Shown in pieces: positions 59,764 to 64,000 of a stretch of DNA of 64,000 nt; the stretch's first letter is position 1; each line of letters begins with the position of its first letter. The position numbers and the translations under genes were made by a program. The DNA lies in assembly GCA_036397555.1 (NCBI GenBank), contig DASWIS010000007.1, forward strand, positions 7,583-71,582. The letters are read 5' to 3'. The stretch comes from Candidatus Zixiibacteriota bacterium (GTDB lineage: Bacteria; Zixibacteria; MSB-5A5; WJJR01). The notes beneath the pieces were generated by a model. The model ran no database searches. It saw nothing but the letters and a program-made list of their open reading frames with translations, and had not been told where the DNA came from.

Positions 59764-60339
59764 GTGGGCGACCGCACGACATTCGAATCGCAGATCAAGC
59801 CGAATCTGGACGCGTTGTATCGCACCGCGTTGCGCATGACCAAAAACGCGGCCGACGCCGAGGATCTCGTTCAGGACACCGCACTGAAGGCGTATCGCTA
59901 CTTCGACCGTTTCGAGGACGGCTCCAATGTGCGGGCGTGGCTCTTCAAGATCCTGACCAACCTCTTCATCAACCGCTACCGCAAAGAGTCCAAGGCGCCG
60001 GTCCAACTCGACTACGACGAGATGGCCGACTACCAGCTTTTCAGCCAGGTCGAGGCCGACAGTCTGACCACCGCCGGCGGCAGCCCGGAGAAGAATCTCT
60101 TCGACCAGGTGCTGGGAAGCGACATCGAGCGGGCGATCGAGGAACTGCCCGAAGATTTTCGCATCGTGGTGGTGATGGCCTTCGTCGAAGGGCTCTCTTA
60201 TGAGGAGATTGCCGAGGCCTTGAGCGTCCCCATGGGGACGGTCAAATCACGACTATTTCGGGGGAGAAAACTGCTTCAGAAAGCGTTGAGCCAGTATGCG
60301 TTGAAGGCCGGCACGAAAGCGTCCGCCACCGAAGGATAA
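59764..60339 (+). CDS. ECF-type sigma-70 family sigma factor
   Basis: Region 2 reads DLVQDTALKAYRYFDRF...AWLFKIL. Region 4 reads SYEEIAEALSVPMGTVKSRLFRGRKLL. GTG start; the upstream 65 codons were rejected. Confidence 0.85.
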   Translation: MGDRTTFESQIKPNLDALYRTALRMTKNAADAEDLVQDTALKAYRYFDRFEDGSNVRAWLFKILTNLFINRYRKESKAPVQLDYDEMADYQLFSQVEADSLTTAGGSPEKNLFDQVLGSDIERAIEELPEDFRIVVVMAFVEGLSYEEIAEALSVPMGTVKSRLFRGRKLLQKALSQYALKAGTKASATEG

Positions 60340-60490
60340 ATCAAGCTGATTCCGGGAACTTCGGAGGCCATGACGATATTGATAACGTTGGAGTGCTTGC
60401 CGATGCCCTGTAGCCGCGGGGCAACGTACAGACAATCCCAGAGTCGGTGGTGACTTTGGCGAAGGTGGAAGAGATGGAACGGTTGCACTC

Positions 60491-61321
60491 ATGGATCGCG
60501 ATGAAGCACTGAGACAAGTTTACGATTACATCGACGGAGAGCTAAACGGGCCGGACCGGCAGGCATTTGAATCTGCCATTGCCGCTGATCCGTTTGTGCG
60601 CCAGCAGGTTGAGGCCGAGCGCCGATTCCGGGAACTGATGGTCAGCCGAATCCCCCGGCCGGTCATGCCGGTGGAGGTCCGTCAACGCCTGTTCGCCCGT
60701 TTGGCGTCGGAAGGGATGCCGTCAGCCGCCACAGCGGGACGTCCCGAGGTCAACCGGATGGGTCTGTGGCGATTTGCCGTCGCCGCCTCCCTCCTCTTGG
60801 GTTTGGCGATTGCATCGGCCTGGATGTCGGGGACCTTCGGTCGCGACTCAGTCAACTGGCGGGCGTTGGCCCAATCCCATCATCATCGTTATCCCGGGAA
60901 CAACGAGCTCCTCGCGACGGCCGACTACAGCGACGCCCGCGATTTCGTCGTGTCACGGCTTGGCACCACCGCCGAGAGTCTCTTGCCGGCGAGCTCTCCG
61001 GCATCGATGGGGACGATCGCCGCCTCGGTCGAGCCATGGGAAAACTCGTGGCTGGCGCACCTGGAAATGCATTGTCAGGTCAACGGACGCATCTCACTTT
61101 TTGCGATCCCGGCCTCCAGCATCCGCCTGATCGACCAACCGCCGCTGCGTGTCGACGGCCGGTTGTATCAGTCCGCCACGCTGGGGTGCTGCAAATGCCT
61201 CTGCTGGCAAGAAAGTGGCGAGTATGTCTGCGCCTTGGTCGGCGACTGTGACATGTCCGGCCTGCTTGCGGTCGCGGAACGATGGCGGTCGGCCTGCACT
61301 TCACGTGTCCCCGACAAATAG
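60491..61321 (+). CDS. Putative membrane-spanning anti-sigma factor
   Basis: It lies after the ECF sigma gene. The N-terminal helix region (YDYIDGELNGPDRQAFESAIAADP) resembles the anti-sigma N-domain but lacks the HxxxCxxC cysteines. One TM segment (LWRFAVAASLLLGLAIASAWM). Confidence 0.5.
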   Translation: MDRDEALRQVYDYIDGELNGPDRQAFESAIAADPFVRQQVEAERRFRELMVSRIPRPVMPVEVRQRLFARLASEGMPSAATAGRPEVNRMGLWRFAVAASLLLGLAIASAWMSGTFGRDSVNWRALAQSHHHRYPGNNELLATADYSDARDFVVSRLGTTAESLLPASSPASMGTIAASVEPWENSWLAHLEMHCQVNGRISLFAIPASSIRLIDQPPLRVDGRLYQSATLGCCKCLCWQESGEYVCALVGDCDMSGLLAVAERWRSACTSRVPDK

Positions 61322-62558
61322 CCACGCTCCGCCATCCCCAATCTGAGATTCGAGATTAACGCCTGCAAATCTGTTCAGCATCGCGCTTCCGTCCGCACAG
61401 CATCTTCCTACCAGATTATTCCAGCCCAGAAATCGTTGAGCAAGAACGCGTGATCGCATCATGATGATCGCGTGAATGGCACTCCTTCCGCATGTGTAAG
61501 CGGAAAACCGCGCACGCTACCAGATGTTGTGTCTGCGTGGGTTGCGTACACGTCGGCGGAGCAATCTGCTCAGGGCCAATGCTATTAAATGTAGAGGGTT
61601 CTTGGTGCTAATCGGCTGCGGTTAAACTTTTCTGTTGTATGATTTCCTCTAATCGTTGCGGCGCATGGGAGTTGACCAGAATTAATTCTCGTTGAGGTGA
61701 AAAAAAGCCTTGCGGCGATTTTGGTGTGCCCTCATAATTTGCGCGCCAGAAGGGGCGGCTCAGGCGCTTGGCTTTGCCAAAGCGGGGGAGGCGATTCAGT
61801 AACATCATCTAAACCTTGGCCTTTTGGGGCCGATAAGGTGATTGACCATCCCTACAGGATGTGGGGGTGTTCCTATAGACAAAAACGGTGACAAAGGTCT
61901 TGACAATCATCGGCGCTGGTTCGTTCCGTTGGCGACATTCGTTGCCGGTCAAAGGACTTGGGGCAACACTGGGGGGCAGTGAAAACGTTTTACGGCGGTC
62001 GCGCATCCGGGCAGGGTGCCTACATTAAGTAGCGTCGGCCGCACTGATACAGGTTATGGGTCGGCATCACCGGGTGATGGGTGATGTCTTGTGTTTACGG
62101 CGTTTGCCGGCAGTTGGGATGTGAATCGACAGATGGAGGGTCACGCTGCATTCTCGACACATTCGGTCGCATGGACGGTTCGTGCCGGCTCCCTGGGAGC
62201 GGGGCAAACCGGGAATCATGCCGCGAATGTGTTTTCCGTTTGAACCCAATTATTGACGGACGGAAGACACCCGGCCGGTGCGGGGGCCGGAGCGCTTGAG
62301 CCGAATGAGTCTGATTTCTTCGAATTGACTGCGCAAAGGGGGGGTCATGCGAAGAGCGTCAGCGTCAGCTGATTTTTTGTTTCATACGTTCAACCCATAT
62401 TCCGGAACGAAATGATGCGAATGTTCAAGCCATATCCAACAGGAGGAACACAGAAACAAATGGAATCGACCAATCGACTTGCGCGGACGTTCCGCTCATT
62501 AGCCGGGACAGTCGGCAACAGCAGCGGAACGAACTCACCTCAGGAAGGGGGAGCGCGG

Positions 62559-64000
62559 ATGAAATCGCGACTTTGGATCATCGGGCTGGCCGCAGCCCTG
62601 TTGGTGGGCACGATGGCCGCACCGGCCGCCGCGGTCAGCTACACCTACACATTCAGCCATTGCGAGAGCGACACGATCTGCATGACGCCCAGCTTTGGCG
62701 GCACACCGGACTCGGTCGAATGGTACGTCGCGGGCGGCCTTCTGTGGTTTGCGGACGTGACCGCGCCGTTTGACACCTGTCTGCCCTGGATCGGGATAAA
62801 CTTTGACTCACTTATTATGGTGACGTACTACACGCCCGATCCCGATTCGACTTTCGGCCGGCAGATCATCGAGGACTCGGTCATTGCCATCGATGACGGG
62901 CGCAACTGCCCCGAGAACGACTCGATCCTGATCGCCGTGACGATGAACGACACCTCGTACGGTGCGGTGATCGACTCGGTCCGGCTTTTGAATCCCGGCT
63001 CCAACGGTCCTTTCAACGGCACCGTGGTGCTGGTCGACAGCGTGCATTCGTTCTGGTATATCCCCGATTCCCTCTATAATGGGTCCGACATCTTCGCCTA
63101 CCAGATCTGGATATGCAGCGACGGCATTCCAAGCCAGACCGATACAGCGGTCGTGGCGATCACGATCGATTCCGACGGGCTTCTGGCCTTCGACTCCTGC
63201 TGGTATCAGTTCGTGGATGTCTGCACCACCTCATGCGACGAAGCGGATTCGACCATCAGCGTCGGGGATTCGTTCCGCGTGTGTGCGCACATTCCCGACT
63301 GGGATCTGGATCAGTTGACCTCGGGATGGCCGCAGGTCAACCTGCCCGGTCTGGCCGGAAATGGCCTCAGCATGGAGCAGAATCCGGACCTCGATTCCGA
63401 TTCCGGTTTGTTCTGCTGGCCGGGGTTTGAGGCCGATTCGACCCTGAGCTGGTTTGTCGTTACAGAGGGCAACTTGGATGTCGCGGCCGGTTTCTATGAG
63501 ATCATCACCACGGCGCGCGCCGATGTTGCCCCGTTTGATGTCTCGGCCTGCACCACGATCGTCGCCGAGCCGATCGACAACAATGATCCGGACATCGGCG
63601 GTGGGACCGCCACCTGGACGTTGTGGGTGGATGTCAACGGCGACGGCGTGGCGACGACGGTCGACACCATGAGGTTCTTCGTCGATCTGCGCAACGAGCC
63701 GTTTGAGGAAATCTGCCAGGTTTGCGTCGAGACCTACAACTTCCCGAATGAGGGCGACACGTACTCTGCGTATCCGTGCCTCTTCGAGATAGCCGGCGAC
63801 AACCGCTGGGCGCTGGTCTTCGAGGTGCCGGGAGGCGATTTAGAGAATCCGGACGGCCCGTTCACTGCGAAGTTCCGCTATACCGACAACGCCTGCAACG
63901 TCGACTCGGTCACGGCGACCTATAATGGTCCGGTGGACAACACCGCGCCGATCTGCGCCAATATCGAGACGACTTATGAGGCGCTGACCGATCTGGACTC
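62559..64000 (+). CDS. Large secreted protein, 5' part (open at window end; not in ORF track)
   Basis: GGGGGAG precedes ATG 62559. Signal peptide MKSRLWIIGLAAALLVGTMAAPAAA. By manual translation the frame stays open for 480 codons to the window edge. One segment (ILIAVTMNDTSYGAV...SDIFAYQIWICSDG...AVVAITI) looks like a cadherin/VCBS-type Ig-like repeat. Confidence 0.75.
   Translation, partial: MKSRLWIIGLAAALLVGTMAAPAAAVSYTYTFSHCESDTICMTPSFGGTPDSVEWYVAGGLLWFADVTAPFDTCLPWIGINFDSLIMVTYYTPDPDSTFGRQIIEDSVIAIDDGRNCPENDSILIAVTMNDTSYGAVIDSVRLLNPGSNGPFNGTVVLVDSVHSFWYIPDSLYNGSDIFAYQIWICSDGIPSQTDTAVVAITIDSDGLLAFDSCWYQFVDVCTTSCDEADSTISVGDSFRVCAHIPDWDLDQLTSGWPQVNLPGLAGNGLSMEQNPDLDSDSGLFCWPGFEADSTLSWFVVTEGNLDVAAGFYEIITTARADVAPFDVSACTTIVAEPIDNNDPDIGGGTATWTLWVDVNGDGVATTVDTMRFFVDLRNEPFEEICQVCVETYNFPNEGDTYSAYPCLFEIAGDNRWALVFEVPGGDLENPDGPFTAKFRYTDNACNVDSVTATYNGPVDNTAPICANIETTYEALTDLD

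Noticed and set aside
60340-60490. Small ORF (MTILITLECLPMPCSRGATYRQSQSRW) between the sigma and anti-sigma genes
   Set aside because: The GGAGG is only 2 nt from the ATG. The peptide has no hydrophobic or zinc-finger pattern, and I cannot assess conservation.

Overview
GC-rich bacterial chromosomal segment; spot counts on single 60-nt lines gave about 65% GC in typical coding DNA. It spans the replication-origin neighbourhood (dnaA-dnaN-DUF721-gyrB, no recF). I can support about 55 protein genes. Housekeeping genes include nuoN, an IscU-like scaffold, nadA, htpX, dprA, lon plus an Hsp20 gene, ychF and a membrane Fe-S oxidoreductase. Less ordinary content is listed below.
- Three tandem Ser/Thr kinase paralogs.
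- Two secreted proteins with C-terminal dockerin-like modules, one carrying an extreme Thr-Cys repeat region.
- A DksA-zinc-finger/PP2C fusion and a Memo-AMMECR1 fusion.
- A tightly coupled methyltransferase / type III PKS operon.
- A single-gene low-GC island.
- An ECF sigma/anti-sigma pair followed by a 1.24-kb ORF-free, AT-richer spacer and a large secreted protein that runs off the window.
- At least four families of short dispersed repeats, two clearly palindromic, in many intergenic spacers, including a 4 x 57-bp tandem array.

I found no rRNA, tRNA, CRISPR array, transposase or integrase. All functional calls rest on motif recognition in the supplied translations; no database search was possible. 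Many long ORFs in the track are opposite-strand or off-frame shadows typical of high-GC DNA and were not called.
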